The notes beneath the pieces were generated by a model. The model saw only the letters and a list, made by a program, of their open reading frames with translations. It ran no database searches and was not told the origin of the DNA. A stretch of 52,436 bases of DNA. Origin: a virus (taxonomy: Duplodnaviria; Caudoviricetes). Shown in pieces: positions 7,674 to 17,807 of this stretch; within the stretch, counting starts at the first letter, position 1; each line of letters starts with the position of its first letter. Where the stretch lies: IMG/VR virus record IMGVR_UViG_3300025168_010295, positions 1-52,436 of that record; one strand, written 5' to 3'. Made by a program: the position numbers and the translations under genes.

Positions 7674-9917
7674 ATGGCAAATTTAAAATTTTCACAATTT
7701 ACAGAACAGACTGATACTTCTAACGTTCAGTTTATAGTTGGATACAACGGTGCTACTAATGTACGTATATCTCCTGATAATATAAACGGAGCATACTTAC
7801 CTTTAGCTGGCGGTACTATAACAGGTCCGGTAATATTTAGCGACAACAGTCAACTACAATTAGGTACTAATAATGATATGAGAATATACCACGATCCTTC
7901 TGGAAGTGGTACTAACATATTTAATTCTACTTTAGGTAATTTAAAATTTATTCAAGGGCAAGACAATGGTCTTATTGAATTTGAAAATGACAATGGTGCT
8001 GGTAATACAGAGTCTTATTTTATTTTAAATGGTTCTGATGAAACAATACGAGCTTATAAAACTTTAAAATCAGGTACTACTAATCTAGCATTAGAAGCAA
8101 ACAACGCTGGGTTTGTAGAAATAAGAAGTGCTAACGGAACTACGCCTGGTACTTTGCAACTTAATTGTGAGCAAAACTCTCATGGTATAAAAATACAAGG
8201 TCCACCACATAGCGCTGGTGCTAACTACACTTTAGTATTTCCTACTACAGACGGTGGTACTGGTGAATTTTTACAAACTAATGGTAGTGGTGTTTTAACT
8301 TGGGCTGCGGCTGGTACGGGTACTGTTACGTCTGTTACAACTGGAAATGCTAATACTATAACAATAGGTGGAACAGCTGCTGCTCCTACTGTAGCTGCTA
8401 ATACAGCGGCTGTAACAAACGGAAGTGCAAACTTAGCTACAGGTGATCAAATTTATGATTTTGTTATAGCACAAGGTTATACCACAAACGTGGGTACAGT
8501 TACTAGCGTTGGACTTGCGATGCCAGCTGCTTTTTCAGTTGCTAGCTCTCCTGTAACAACGTCAGGAACTTTAACTGTAACAGGTGCTGGTACAACATCT
8601 CAATATATAAGAGGTGATGGTACGCTAGCTACTCTACCTGGAGGTTTTACTTCTTTTGATATTACAGGAGGTTCTGGTTCAGCGCAAACAATAACTAACG
8701 GTAACACTGTTACACTAGCACAAGGTACAGGTATATCAACTGTGGCTGGAGCTACTGACACTGTAACAATAACTAATACTTTACCTTTTAACAGTTTAAC
8801 ATTAGCTGGTGATTCAGGTGCTTCACAAAGTATTACTAACAATAATACAATTACACTTGCAGGTGGAACTGGTTTAAGTAGTGTAGCAAGTGCAACTGAC
8901 ACTGTAACGTTTAATGCAAATGTAGATGGTACGCAATCAGTTGCTGCAAATACATCTACAACAACCGCTGCTAGAACATATAAAGTTCAAGTAGATTCTT
9001 CAGATAATCTTGTTGTAAACGTACCTTGGACTTCTGGAAGCAGTGGTATTGCAGGTAGTTTAGCTGATGAACAAATTGCTTTTGGTAATGGCACAGATAC
9101 TATTGCTGGTAGTGATGATATTAAATGGAATGGTAATACACTTGCCTTAGGTGGAAGTACGGGTAACGGTATCTTATCCGCTGTACTTGTTACTGGTGAT
9201 GCTTTTACTTGTAACAACAATATGAACCTAGGAACTGTTATACAGCACCAAGGTGACCCTAACACTAAATTTGGTTTTCCAGCTAATGATACTTTCAGTA
9301 TAGAGACAAATGGTCTTGAAAGATTACGAATAGCAAGTGCTGGTCAAATAGGTATTGGAGGTACTAATTATGGAACATCAGGTTACGTACTTACATCTAA
9401 TGGAGCTAGCGCTGCGCCGTCTTGGCAAGCTGCTGGAGGAGGTAATCAGTTTGCAAGTGGTCTTTACATAGGTGGTACAGCAGCAGCTAATTTATTAGAG
9501 GATTACGAAAAAGGCACTTTCACACCAACAATTACATCTAGCGTGGTAACAAATGGCGGGCTTTTACCCCAAAATGGCACACACTACGGATATTACGAAA
9601 GAGTTGGAGATTTTGTTACAGTAAGTTTTGAACTTAATTTTTTTGGCTCGCCTTCAGCTGTAACTGTTGATTGGACACTTACAAGTTTAGACAACTTACC
9701 TTTTACCGTTAGGTCACCAGATGCTGGTGGTTCAAATAATCCATCATTTATAACATACAATAGTACAGGCGCTTATAGGTTTGATTTTGGTGGTTTTTGC
9801 CAACGAAGCACAACAATAATAAGATTTGGCGAAGCAGGTTCAACTACACAAACATTTTCACTATCACAATTTGCAAGTGGATTTGTTTCAGGAACAGTAA
9901 CATATAAGGTAATTTAA
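7674..9917 (+). CDS. Tail fibre protein
   Basis: 747 aa Gly/Thr/Ser-rich; YLPLAGGTITG, GTVTSV repeats, ERLRI..SG.IGIG and EDYEKGTFTPT fibre motifs. Confidence 0.85.
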   Translation: MANLKFSQFTEQTDTSNVQFIVGYNGATNVRISPDNINGAYLPLAGGTITGPVIFSDNSQLQLGTNNDMRIYHDPSGSGTNIFNSTLGNLKFIQGQDNGLIEFENDNGAGNTESYFILNGSDETIRAYKTLKSGTTNLALEANNAGFVEIRSANGTTPGTLQLNCEQNSHGIKIQGPPHSAGANYTLVFPTTDGGTGEFLQTNGSGVLTWAAAGTGTVTSVTTGNANTITIGGTAAAPTVAANTAAVTNGSANLATGDQIYDFVIAQGYTTNVGTVTSVGLAMPAAFSVASSPVTTSGTLTVTGAGTTSQYIRGDGTLATLPGGFTSFDITGGSGSAQTITNGNTVTLAQGTGISTVAGATDTVTITNTLPFNSLTLAGDSGASQSITNNNTITLAGGTGLSSVASATDTVTFNANVDGTQSVAANTSTTTAARTYKVQVDSSDNLVVNVPWTSGSSGIAGSLADEQIAFGNGTDTIAGSDDIKWNGNTLALGGSTGNGILSAVLVTGDAFTCNNNMNLGTVIQHQGDPNTKFGFPANDTFSIETNGLERLRIASAGQIGIGGTNYGTSGYVLTSNGASAAPSWQAAGGGNQFASGLYIGGTAAANLLEDYEKGTFTPTITSSVVTNGGLLPQNGTHYGYYERVGDFVTVSFELNFFGSPSAVTVDWTLTSLDNLPFTVRSPDAGGSNNPSFITYNSTGAYRFDFGGFCQRSTTIIRFGEAGSTTQTFSLSQFASGFVSGTVTYKVI
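8646..8927 (+). repeat. Two diverged 47-aa (141-nt) tandem repeats in the tail fibre
   Basis: FTSFDITGGSGSAQTITNGNTVTLAQGTGISTVAGATDTVTI vs FNSLTLAGDSGASQSITNNNTITLAGGTGLSSVASATDTVTF. Confidence 0.85.
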
Positions 9918-9929
9918 AAATAAATAACA

Positions 9930-10190
9930 ATGTCATTAGAAAAAAAACGAAAATTAGATAAATTAGAAATTGTAGGAGATTTTAAGATACTACAAGCAAG
10001 ATACCTAATAGAAGTAACAGAAACTATTGGAGAAGAAACTAAAATTATATCTTCTTCAACCGAAAGAGAAAGCTATACACCTGATACAGATGCAGCTAGT
10101 TTACCTTTAGAGTTAGAAAAACACGCTGTTATTGAATGGACAGATGAAGTTATCGCCGCGTATAACGATTATATAAACTCAACAATTTAA
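9930..10190 (+). CDS. Tail-fibre-associated protein (possible assembly chaperone)
   Basis: Directly follows the fibre gene; DKLEIVG...LQ.R...WT.EVIAAY pattern. Confidence 0.65.
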   Translation: MSLEKKRKLDKLEIVGDFKILQARYLIEVTETIGEETKIISSSTERESYTPDTDAASLPLELEKHAVIEWTDEVIAAYNDYINSTI

Positions 10191-10192
10191 AA

Positions 10193-10537
10193 ATGGCAAC
10201 AACATGTAATTGGAATTGTAAAACAGTAGACGTACATCCAACAGTAGAAAATCATACAGACGTAGTTTACAATGTTTATTGGAAAGTGATAGGCGTTTCA
10301 GATCAATTAGATTCAGAAGGAAAACCTTACAGGTATGCTATTAGCAATACACAGCTTGTTTCTTTAAACAATCAAAATGAATTTATTCCTTTTAATGATC
10401 TTACAAATGAAATATTAGTATCATGGACTAAAGAAGCTATAGGCGAAGAACAAGTGACTTCTATAGAAGCTAGTATACAGCAAGCTATTGATTTAGAAAT
10501 AAATCCTACTTCTGTAACTATGACAATAGCAGATTAA
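10193..10537 (+). CDS. Tail-fibre-associated protein
   Basis: DVVYNVYW...FIPF.DLT...W motif; second small gene after the fibre. Confidence 0.65.
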   Translation: MATTCNWNCKTVDVHPTVENHTDVVYNVYWKVIGVSDQLDSEGKPYRYAISNTQLVSLNNQNEFIPFNDLTNEILVSWTKEAIGEEQVTSIEASIQQAIDLEINPTSVTMTIAD

Positions 10538-10542
10538 ATAAA

Positions 10543-10573
10543 AAGTAGATTAAAAAATTATAGTGTAACTATA
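10543..10573 (+). promoter_or_regulatory. Putative phage promoter (GTAACTATA box) for the packaging/head operon
   Basis: GTRANWATA box at 10565-10573 in an intergenic gap; upstream box is a weak match. Confidence 0.45.
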
Positions 10574-10605
10574 TTATTATAAATTAATTAATTAAATTAA
10601 ATCAA

Positions 10606-10875
10606 ATGGCAAAAATTACTGAAGATCAATTAGAAAAAGTAAAAGACTTAAACTCTAAACTAAACGAAACTGTTACTAGAATAGGTTTATTAGAATCAAA
10701 CAAGCACGCACTTTTACACGAAATAGCTGGTGTTAATAAAGATTTAGAAGAGTTTAAATCAGAGCTAGAGAAAGAATACGGAAGTATTAATATTGATATG
10801 GCTACAGGCGAGTACACTGAGATCGAAAAAGAAGAAGATGAAGGTGAATCAGCTGTAGTAAAAGCAGAAGACTAA
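10606..10875 (+). CDS. Acidic coiled-coil hypothetical protein
   Basis: 89 aa heptad pattern; ELEKEYGSINIDMATGEY. Confidence 0.75.
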   Translation: MAKITEDQLEKVKDLNSKLNETVTRIGLLESNKHALLHEIAGVNKDLEEFKSELEKEYGSINIDMATGEYTEIEKEEDEGESAVVKAED

Positions 10876-10876
10876 A

Positions 10877-11104
10877 ATGGATTCTGTTATAAGAAAGATC
10901 AGTATTGGTTCTGATTATAAAAATGATGCAATGCATTATTCCGTAGGTCAACAAGTTTATGGCGGCCATGAGATCGCATATATTTTATTTGAAGATACAG
11001 ATCGTTCTTATAATATTCATATAAAGAAAAACAACGAGGTATTGCCATGGAAGAAATTTAATTCTAACATGGCGGTATCTGTTGAGTATGATTTAGAATA
11101 TTAA
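10877..11104 (+). CDS. Hypothetical protein
   Basis: 75 aa, TAATG-coupled to the next gene. Confidence 0.75.
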   Translation: MDSVIRKISIGSDYKNDAMHYSVGQQVYGGHEIAYILFEDTDRSYNIHIKKNNEVLPWKKFNSNMAVSVEYDLEY

Positions 11105-11709
11105 TGAAAAGTGTATATGATTTTATCATAAAGCCTGTAGGTAATGTTTATGATAATTCTATAGATGTAGACGGCGAAGAGCTTTTATTAAATACTAGTA
11201 TTGAAAAATATAGATTTGTAAATAATAAAGCTATTGTTGTTTCTACACCTCTTGCTTTTAATACATCTATAGAAGAAGGAGATGAAATTATAGTTCATCA
11301 TAATGTCTTTAGAAGATATTATAATATGAAAGGTAAAGAAGTTAATAGTAGTAAGTTTTTTAAAGACGATCTTTACTTTTGTCAAATAGATCAAATATAT
11401 TTATATAAAAAAATATATAAGTGGTACGCGTTTGCAGACAGATGCTTTGCTATGCCACTTAAAAATAATAATGATCTAGAACTAGATAAAGAGCAAAAGC
11501 TTATTGGTATACTAAAATATGGTAATAAGTCCTTAGAAGCTAAGGGAATAAGCGAGGGTGATACTATTGGGTTTACGCCTAACAGTGAGTTTGAATTTAT
11601 TGTAAATGACCAAAGGCTTTATTGTATGAAATCAAATGATATTGTAATTAAATATGAGCACCAAGAAAACCAAGTTGAATATAATCCAAGCTGGGCAAAA
11701 AGCAGTTGA
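11104..11709 (+). CDS. Tandem double GroES-like co-chaperonin
   Basis: Two Cpn10-like halves: DFIIKP...IEEGDEIIV and DRCFAMP...GILKYGN...ISEGDTIGF...EFIVNDQRLYCMKSNDIV. Confidence 0.6.
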   Translation: MKSVYDFIIKPVGNVYDNSIDVDGEELLLNTSIEKYRFVNNKAIVVSTPLAFNTSIEEGDEIIVHHNVFRRYYNMKGKEVNSSKFFKDDLYFCQIDQIYLYKKIYKWYAFADRCFAMPLKNNNDLELDKEQKLIGILKYGNKSLEAKGISEGDTIGFTPNSEFEFIVNDQRLYCMKSNDIVIKYEHQENQVEYNPSWAKSS

Positions 11710-11926
11710 GGAATTAATTAAGGTAGCTAAAGAACCTATTGTAGATTCAGATGATGACATCTCAGCTGATCGTTTAAAAAACGCAGCTGCAACAAAAAAG
11801 TTAGCTATATTCGATGCGTTCGAAATACTTAATCGTATTGAAGAAGAAAGAAGTATGCTTGAGGATAAATCAGGTGATAGCAAACAAAAATCTTTTCAAG
11901 GTTTTGCAGAAGGTAGATCTAAATAA
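11654..11926 (+). CDS. Small helical protein, candidate terminase small subunit
   Basis: Immediately upstream of and TAATG-coupled to TerL; assignment is positional. Confidence 0.5.
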   Translation: MSTKKTKLNIIQAGQKAVEELIKVAKEPIVDSDDDISADRLKNAAATKKLAIFDAFEILNRIEEERSMLEDKSGDSKQKSFQGFAEGRSK

Positions 11927-14136
11927 TGTATAGTCAAAGTTTACTTACTGTACTTACAGATCACATAAAACCTCACGTGCTTAAAAGAAATAACAAAAGC
12001 AAAAAGTGGGAGTATGGCTATAACAAAGAACACGATATAATTGTTATAAGCAAAACTGGTCAAATAGGTGATATATATGAAATACAAAACCTTAAAATAG
12101 CTTTACCACCGTTTAAAGGTAAAATAAATAAGGATAAAGACAAATGGTCTAGAGAAGAATATCCTAAAGAATTAAATAAAATAAAAAGTGTATTTGAATG
12201 GGGTAAATACCCAGAGCACTTTAAAGAAAGATGGTATGAGTATATTGACGAAGAGTTTAAACGCCGTGACGAAGGCCATTGGTTTAATAACAAAGGTATT
12301 ACTACTTATCTTACTGGTACTCACTACATGTACTTGCAGTGGAGTAAAATTGATGTTGGGGCAGCAGACTTTAGGGAGTCAAACAGATTATTCTTTATAT
12401 TCTGGGAAGCTTGCAAAGCAGACTCAAGATGCTATGGTATGTGCTACCTCAAAAACAGAAGGTCTGGTTTTAGCTTCATGGCATCAGGGGAAACTGTTAA
12501 CCTTGCAACAATATCAAGCGATGCAAGATTCGGTATCTTATCAAAATCAGGGGCTGATGCTAAAAAAATGTTTACCGACAAGGTAGTACCAATATCAATT
12601 AACTACCCTTTCTTTTTTAAACCAATACAAGACGGTATGGACCGTCCTAAAACAGAGTTAGCATACAGAGTACCAGCATCAAAGCTAACTCGTAGAAAGC
12701 TAGATCAAGGTGAAACACCTGACGAAGTAGTAGGTCTTGATACAACTATTGACTGGAAGAATACAGGTGATAACAGTTATGATGGTGAAAAACTAAAACT
12801 GTTAGTGCACGATGAATCAGGTAAATGGGAAAGACCTGACAATATACTTAATAACTGGAGGGTTACAAAAACAACGCTTAGATTAGGTAGTAGAATTGTA
12901 GGTAAGTGTATGATGGGTTCTACAAGTAACTCGCTAGATAAAGGTGGAGAAAACTTTAAAAGATTATATTATGCATCAGATGTTACCAGTAGAAACCGCA
13001 ATGGACAGACTAGCTCAGGACTATATTCTTTGTTTATACCTATGGAATGGAACTACGAAGGATTCATTGATACTTATGGACACCCTGTCTTTGATACGCC
13101 GTCAAAATCAGTTGAAGGCTCAGACGGTTCACAAATTGAAGTAGGTGTTATAAACCATTGGGAAAATGAAGTTGATGGTTTAAAAGGTGATCAAGATAGT
13201 TTAAACGAATACTACCGACAGTTTCCTCGTACTGAGCAACACGCTTTTAGAGATGAAACAAAAGAATCTTTATTTAATCTAACTAAGATATACGAGCAAA
13301 TAGATTACAATGAAGATATAAAAACCGGAGGACTTGTAACTAAAGGTTCTTTCCAATGGGCTAAAGGTCATAAAGATACATTTGTAGAATTTATGCCACA
13401 TAAAGACGGTAGGTTTTTAGTTTCATGGGTACCGCCTGTTAATTTACAAAACCGTTTAATAATTAAAAATGGAGTTAAATACCCTGGTAATGAACATTGT
13501 GGTGCTTTTGGTTGTGACTCTTATGATATATCAGGAACAGTAGATAACAAAGGTTCTAAAGGTGCTTTGCATGGTCTTACTAAATTTAGTATGGAAGATG
13601 TACCACCTAATAAATTTTTCTTAGAATATGTAGCTCGACCACAGACTGCTGAGATATTTTTTGAAGAAGTACTTATGGCTTGCGTTTTTTATGGCATGCC
13701 TATACTTTGTGAAAACAATAAACCAAGATTATTATACCATTTTAAACGTAGAGGTTATAGAGGATTTAGTATGAATCGCCCAGATAAAACATATAATAAA
13801 TTATCTATAACTGAAAAAGAAATCGGAGGTATACCAAACTCCTCTGAAGATATTAAGCAAGCGCATGCTGCTGCTATTGAATCTTATATAGAAGATTTTA
13901 TCGGATTAAAAGAAACTACATATGGTGATATGTATTTTCAGCGCACACTAGAAGACTGGGCAAAATTTAATATAAACAATAGAACTAAGTTTGATGCAAC
14001 AATTAGTTCTGGCCTAGCGCTTATGGCTTGTAATAAAAATAGATACACACCAGTTTTCAAAGTTGAAAAAAATGTTGTACCTTTAGGTTTCAAGAAATAT
14101 GATAATAAAGGTGGTATTTCAAAAATAATAAAATAG
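11926..14136 (+). CDS. terL: Terminase large subunit
   Basis: Walker A-like KNRRSGFS, Walker B LLVHDESGK, coupling motif GST, nuclease FGCDSYD and C-terminal Asp. Confidence 0.9.
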   Translation: MYSQSLLTVLTDHIKPHVLKRNNKSKKWEYGYNKEHDIIVISKTGQIGDIYEIQNLKIALPPFKGKINKDKDKWSREEYPKELNKIKSVFEWGKYPEHFKERWYEYIDEEFKRRDEGHWFNNKGITTYLTGTHYMYLQWSKIDVGAADFRESNRLFFIFWEACKADSRCYGMCYLKNRRSGFSFMASGETVNLATISSDARFGILSKSGADAKKMFTDKVVPISINYPFFFKPIQDGMDRPKTELAYRVPASKLTRRKLDQGETPDEVVGLDTTIDWKNTGDNSYDGEKLKLLVHDESGKWERPDNILNNWRVTKTTLRLGSRIVGKCMMGSTSNSLDKGGENFKRLYYASDVTSRNRNGQTSSGLYSLFIPMEWNYEGFIDTYGHPVFDTPSKSVEGSDGSQIEVGVINHWENEVDGLKGDQDSLNEYYRQFPRTEQHAFRDETKESLFNLTKIYEQIDYNEDIKTGGLVTKGSFQWAKGHKDTFVEFMPHKDGRFLVSWVPPVNLQNRLIIKNGVKYPGNEHCGAFGCDSYDISGTVDNKGSKGALHGLTKFSMEDVPPNKFFLEYVARPQTAEIFFEEVLMACVFYGMPILCENNKPRLLYHFKRRGYRGFSMNRPDKTYNKLSITEKEIGGIPNSSEDIKQAHAAAIESYIEDFIGLKETTYGDMYFQRTLEDWAKFNINNRTKFDATISSGLALMACNKNRYTPVFKVEKNVVPLGFKKYDNKGGISKIIK

Positions 14137-16557
14137 ATGATTTATACTAACGTTAATAGTTCTTTCCCAAGTCAGGTAGTACCAGACGCAGAGAAAAGTA
14201 CTTTAGAATATGGCTTAGCTGTAGGAAGAGCTGTGGAAAACGAATGGTTCAGAGGCGATAGAGGTCTTGGAGATGGCGGAAGGTTTGGAAACAATTGGAG
14301 GTATTTTAACAATCTAAAGCTATACGCTCGTGGAGAACAAAGTGTTCAAAAATATAAAGATGAATTATCTATAAACGGTGATTTATCTTACCTTAATTTA
14401 GACTGGAAGCCAGTAGCTGTATTATCTAAATTTGTGGATATTGTAGTAAATGGCATGACAGATAGAGGTTATGAAATAAAATCTTTTGCAACAGATCCAT
14501 TTTCAATATCACAAAGAACTGATCACGCGACTGCTTTGTCTGAAGATGCTTTTGCTGCTGATATAATATCTAGTGCAGAACAATCTTTTGGTATTGATTT
14601 AAAAAGAACTAATGTATCTGAAGAGCAATTACCAAAAAGCAAGGAAGAGCTAGAATTACACATGCAGCTATCTTATAAGCAAGCTATTGAAATTGCAGAA
14701 GAAGAAGCTATTAGCAATATTTTAAATTATAATAAATACGATGAAACTAAAAAGCGTTTAGCTTATGACTTAACAGTACTTGGTATCGCAGCTGTTAAAA
14801 CTAATTTTAATTTAGCAAATGGAGTTACTGTAGACCACGTAGATCCTGCTAATTTAGTATACTCGTATACTGATGATCCTAATTTTGAAGACATATATTA
14901 TGTTGGTGAAGTAAAAAGCGTTAGCTTAGAAGAAATTAAAAAACAATTTCCTTACTTAACACAAGATGAATTAGAACAAATAGAAAAATATCCCGGTGAT
15001 ATAAGTTACACTAGAAATTATTATAATCAGAATAACGATAATGATACTATACAGGTTTTATATTTTGAATATAAGACTTATCAAAATCAAGTATTTAAAA
15101 TAAAACAAACAGATCAAGGTCTTGAAAAAGCTCTTGAAAAAGACGATACATTTGACCCGCCAGAAACTGATAACTTTAATAAAGTTCATAGAGCTATAGA
15201 AGTTTTATATAGTGGCGCTAAAATTCTAGGTCATAAAAAAATGCTTAAATGGGAGCTAGCTAAAAACATGACTAGACCTTATAGCGATCAAACTAAAGTA
15301 GAGATGAATTACAGTATTTCTGCACCTAGAATGTACAAAGGTCGTATAGAATCTTTAGTAAGTAAATGTGTGGGCTTTGCTGATATGATACAGCTGACGC
15401 ACCTTAAACTGCAGCAAGTTTTAGCACGTATGGTGCCAGACGGCGTTTATGTAGACGTAGATGGTTTAGCTGAAGTTGATCTTGGTAATGGTACAAACTA
15501 TAATCCAGCTGAGGCTTTAAACATGTACTTCCAAACTGGTAGTATAGTTGGTAGAAGTTTAACTCAAGATGGTGATCCTAATAGAGGTAAGGTACCAATA
15601 CAAGAACTTCAGACTTCATCGGGTATGGCTAAAATACAATCATTAACGCAAACATATCAATATTATTTACAAATGATACGAGATGTAACTGGCCTTAATG
15701 AAGCTAGAGATGGTAGTAAGCCAGATAAAGATTCATTGGTAGGTTTACAAAAATTAGCAGCAGCAGCTTCTAATACAGCTACAAAACATATATTACAATC
15801 ACTTATGTATCTAACTGTAAGAACTGCTGAAAATATTAGTTTACGCGTTGCTGATATGTTAGAATTTCCATTATTGAAACAAGCTTTAATGAATAGTATT
15901 AGCACTTTTAATGTAGATACTTTAGAGCAAATAGAAAAACTAAACCTACATGAGTTTGGTATATTCTTAGAATTAGAACCTGAAGAAGAAGATAAAGCAG
16001 GTTTAGAAAGAAATATACAAATTGCTTTACAAAACGGAGGTATTGATTTAGAAGATGCTATAGATATTAGACAGATATCTAATATTAAATTAGCTAATCA
16101 AATGCTTAAAATAAAACGTAAGCAAAAGCAAGAAGCAACTAGAAAAGCTCAGCTTGAAAATATACAAGCGCAAGCACAAGCTAATGCTCAATCTGCTGAA
16201 CAGTCAACATTAGCTGAACTGCAAAAACAACAAGCTCTTACTGAAACTAAATTACAATTAGAGCAAGGTAAATCTCAGTTTGAAATACAACGCATGCAAA
16301 CAGAAGCTGAAATTAAAAAACAGCTTATGGCAGAAAAGTTTCAATATGATATGCAATTAGCTAGAATTGATGTAGAAGCAGAAAAAGCAAAAGAACAAGA
16401 TATAGAAGATCGTAAAGACGAACGTGCTAGAATTATAGGTACACAGCAATCAGAAATGATTTCACAGCGTAAAAACGATGAACTGCCTAAGAATTTTGAG
16501 TCAGCTGGGTTTGACTCACTAGGAGGATTTGGACTTGAACAGTTTGAGCCTCGTTGA
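14137..16557 (+). CDS. Portal protein
   Basis: 806 aa directly after TerL; helical with Gln-rich coiled-coil C-terminus typical of crAss/podovirus portals. Confidence 0.85.
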   Translation: MIYTNVNSSFPSQVVPDAEKSTLEYGLAVGRAVENEWFRGDRGLGDGGRFGNNWRYFNNLKLYARGEQSVQKYKDELSINGDLSYLNLDWKPVAVLSKFVDIVVNGMTDRGYEIKSFATDPFSISQRTDHATALSEDAFAADIISSAEQSFGIDLKRTNVSEEQLPKSKEELELHMQLSYKQAIEIAEEEAISNILNYNKYDETKKRLAYDLTVLGIAAVKTNFNLANGVTVDHVDPANLVYSYTDDPNFEDIYYVGEVKSVSLEEIKKQFPYLTQDELEQIEKYPGDISYTRNYYNQNNDNDTIQVLYFEYKTYQNQVFKIKQTDQGLEKALEKDDTFDPPETDNFNKVHRAIEVLYSGAKILGHKKMLKWELAKNMTRPYSDQTKVEMNYSISAPRMYKGRIESLVSKCVGFADMIQLTHLKLQQVLARMVPDGVYVDVDGLAEVDLGNGTNYNPAEALNMYFQTGSIVGRSLTQDGDPNRGKVPIQELQTSSGMAKIQSLTQTYQYYLQMIRDVTGLNEARDGSKPDKDSLVGLQKLAAAASNTATKHILQSLMYLTVRTAENISLRVADMLEFPLLKQALMNSISTFNVDTLEQIEKLNLHEFGIFLELEPEEEDKAGLERNIQIALQNGGIDLEDAIDIRQISNIKLANQMLKIKRKQKQEATRKAQLENIQAQAQANAQSAEQSTLAELQKQQALTETKLQLEQGKSQFEIQRMQTEAEIKKQLMAEKFQYDMQLARIDVEAEKAKEQDIEDRKDERARIIGTQQSEMISQRKNDELPKNFESAGFDSLGGFGLEQFEPR

Positions 16558-16590
16558 AAATAAACCCCATTAATTTTATATTATTATATT

Positions 16591-17793
16591 ATGTCAGAAG
16601 AAATAAAACAAGAAGGAGAATTTAAAATAAAATCTCATTCTAAGCCTAAGAATTTAGGTGATAATCAAGGTCAAAATGAAATTACTAAAGTTAACATGAA
16701 AGAACCTTTAGTGAAATTAGAACCTAGTGTTACAAAAGTTGTAATACCAAACGAAGAAATAAAAGAAGAAGATGCCGTTCAAACACAAGAGACAAATGAT
16801 AGCGATGCTATTGTCGAAGAGTCCAAAGACAGTAGCGACAGCAAAGAAGTGGTTGAAGAAGTACGGACCTCCGAAGATGAAGTAGAATCTCCTATAAAAT
16901 TAGTAGATAATACAGAAGAAGAAGTACAAGAAGAAATTGTAAAAGAAGTAGAACAAGCTGTAAAAGAGCAAAGAGTTTTACCTGAAAATATTGAAAAGCT
17001 AGTTGCCTTTATGGAGGAAACTGGCGGAACTGTACAAGACTATGTTAGGCTTAACGCAGATTATACCAATGTTGATAACCAAACTTTAATACGAGAATAT
17101 TATAAACAAACAAAACCACATTTAGATTCTGAAGACGTAAGTCTTCTATTAGAAGATTTTGATTATGATGAAGATATCGACGAACCAAAAGACATACGCA
17201 AAAGAAAAATTGCGTTTAAAGAGGAGGTTGCCAAAGCTAAGGGATTTCTTGAAGATCTTAAGGGAAAGTATTACGACGAGATCAAGTTGAGACCGGGCGT
17301 AACCCAAGAACAAAAGAAAGCAACAGAGTTTTTCAACCGATACAACGAAGAGCAGCAAGCTGTAAAAGCTAAGCATGGAGATTTTATTGACCGCACTAAA
17401 AAATTATTAAATAATGATTTCGAAGGTTTCGATTTTAAAGTTAGTGATAAAAAATTTAGATACGGTATTAAAAACCCAGCACAGGTAGCTGAAAATCAAT
17501 CTGATATTACAAACTTCATTAAGACGTTCTTAAATGACAAAGGTGAAATAACAGATACTAAAGGTTACCACAAAGCTATATACGCAGCTCGTAACGCTGA
17601 TACAATAGCACAACATTTTTATGAGCAAGGCAAAGCTGATGCTGTTAAAGATGTTATGGCTAAATCTAAAAACATAAGCAATGAGCCTAGGCAAACAAAC
17701 TCAGGTGAAGTTTATATTGGTGGATTAAAAGTAAAAGCAATAAGCGGTGCTGATTCTTCAAAATTAAAAATCAAAACTAAAAAATTTAACTAA
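16591..17793 (+). CDS. Capsid scaffolding-like acidic protein
   Basis: Very Glu-rich N-half, between portal and capsid genes. Confidence 0.65.
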   Translation: MSEEIKQEGEFKIKSHSKPKNLGDNQGQNEITKVNMKEPLVKLEPSVTKVVIPNEEIKEEDAVQTQETNDSDAIVEESKDSSDSKEVVEEVRTSEDEVESPIKLVDNTEEEVQEEIVKEVEQAVKEQRVLPENIEKLVAFMEETGGTVQDYVRLNADYTNVDNQTLIREYYKQTKPHLDSEDVSLLLEDFDYDEDIDEPKDIRKRKIAFKEEVAKAKGFLEDLKGKYYDEIKLRPGVTQEQKKATEFFNRYNEEQQAVKAKHGDFIDRTKKLLNNDFEGFDFKVSDKKFRYGIKNPAQVAENQSDITNFIKTFLNDKGEITDTKGYHKAIYAARNADTIAQHFYEQGKADAVKDVMAKSKNISNEPRQTNSGEVYIGGLKVKAISGADSSKLKIKTKKFN

Positions 17794-17807
17794 CTAAAAC
17801 AAAAATT

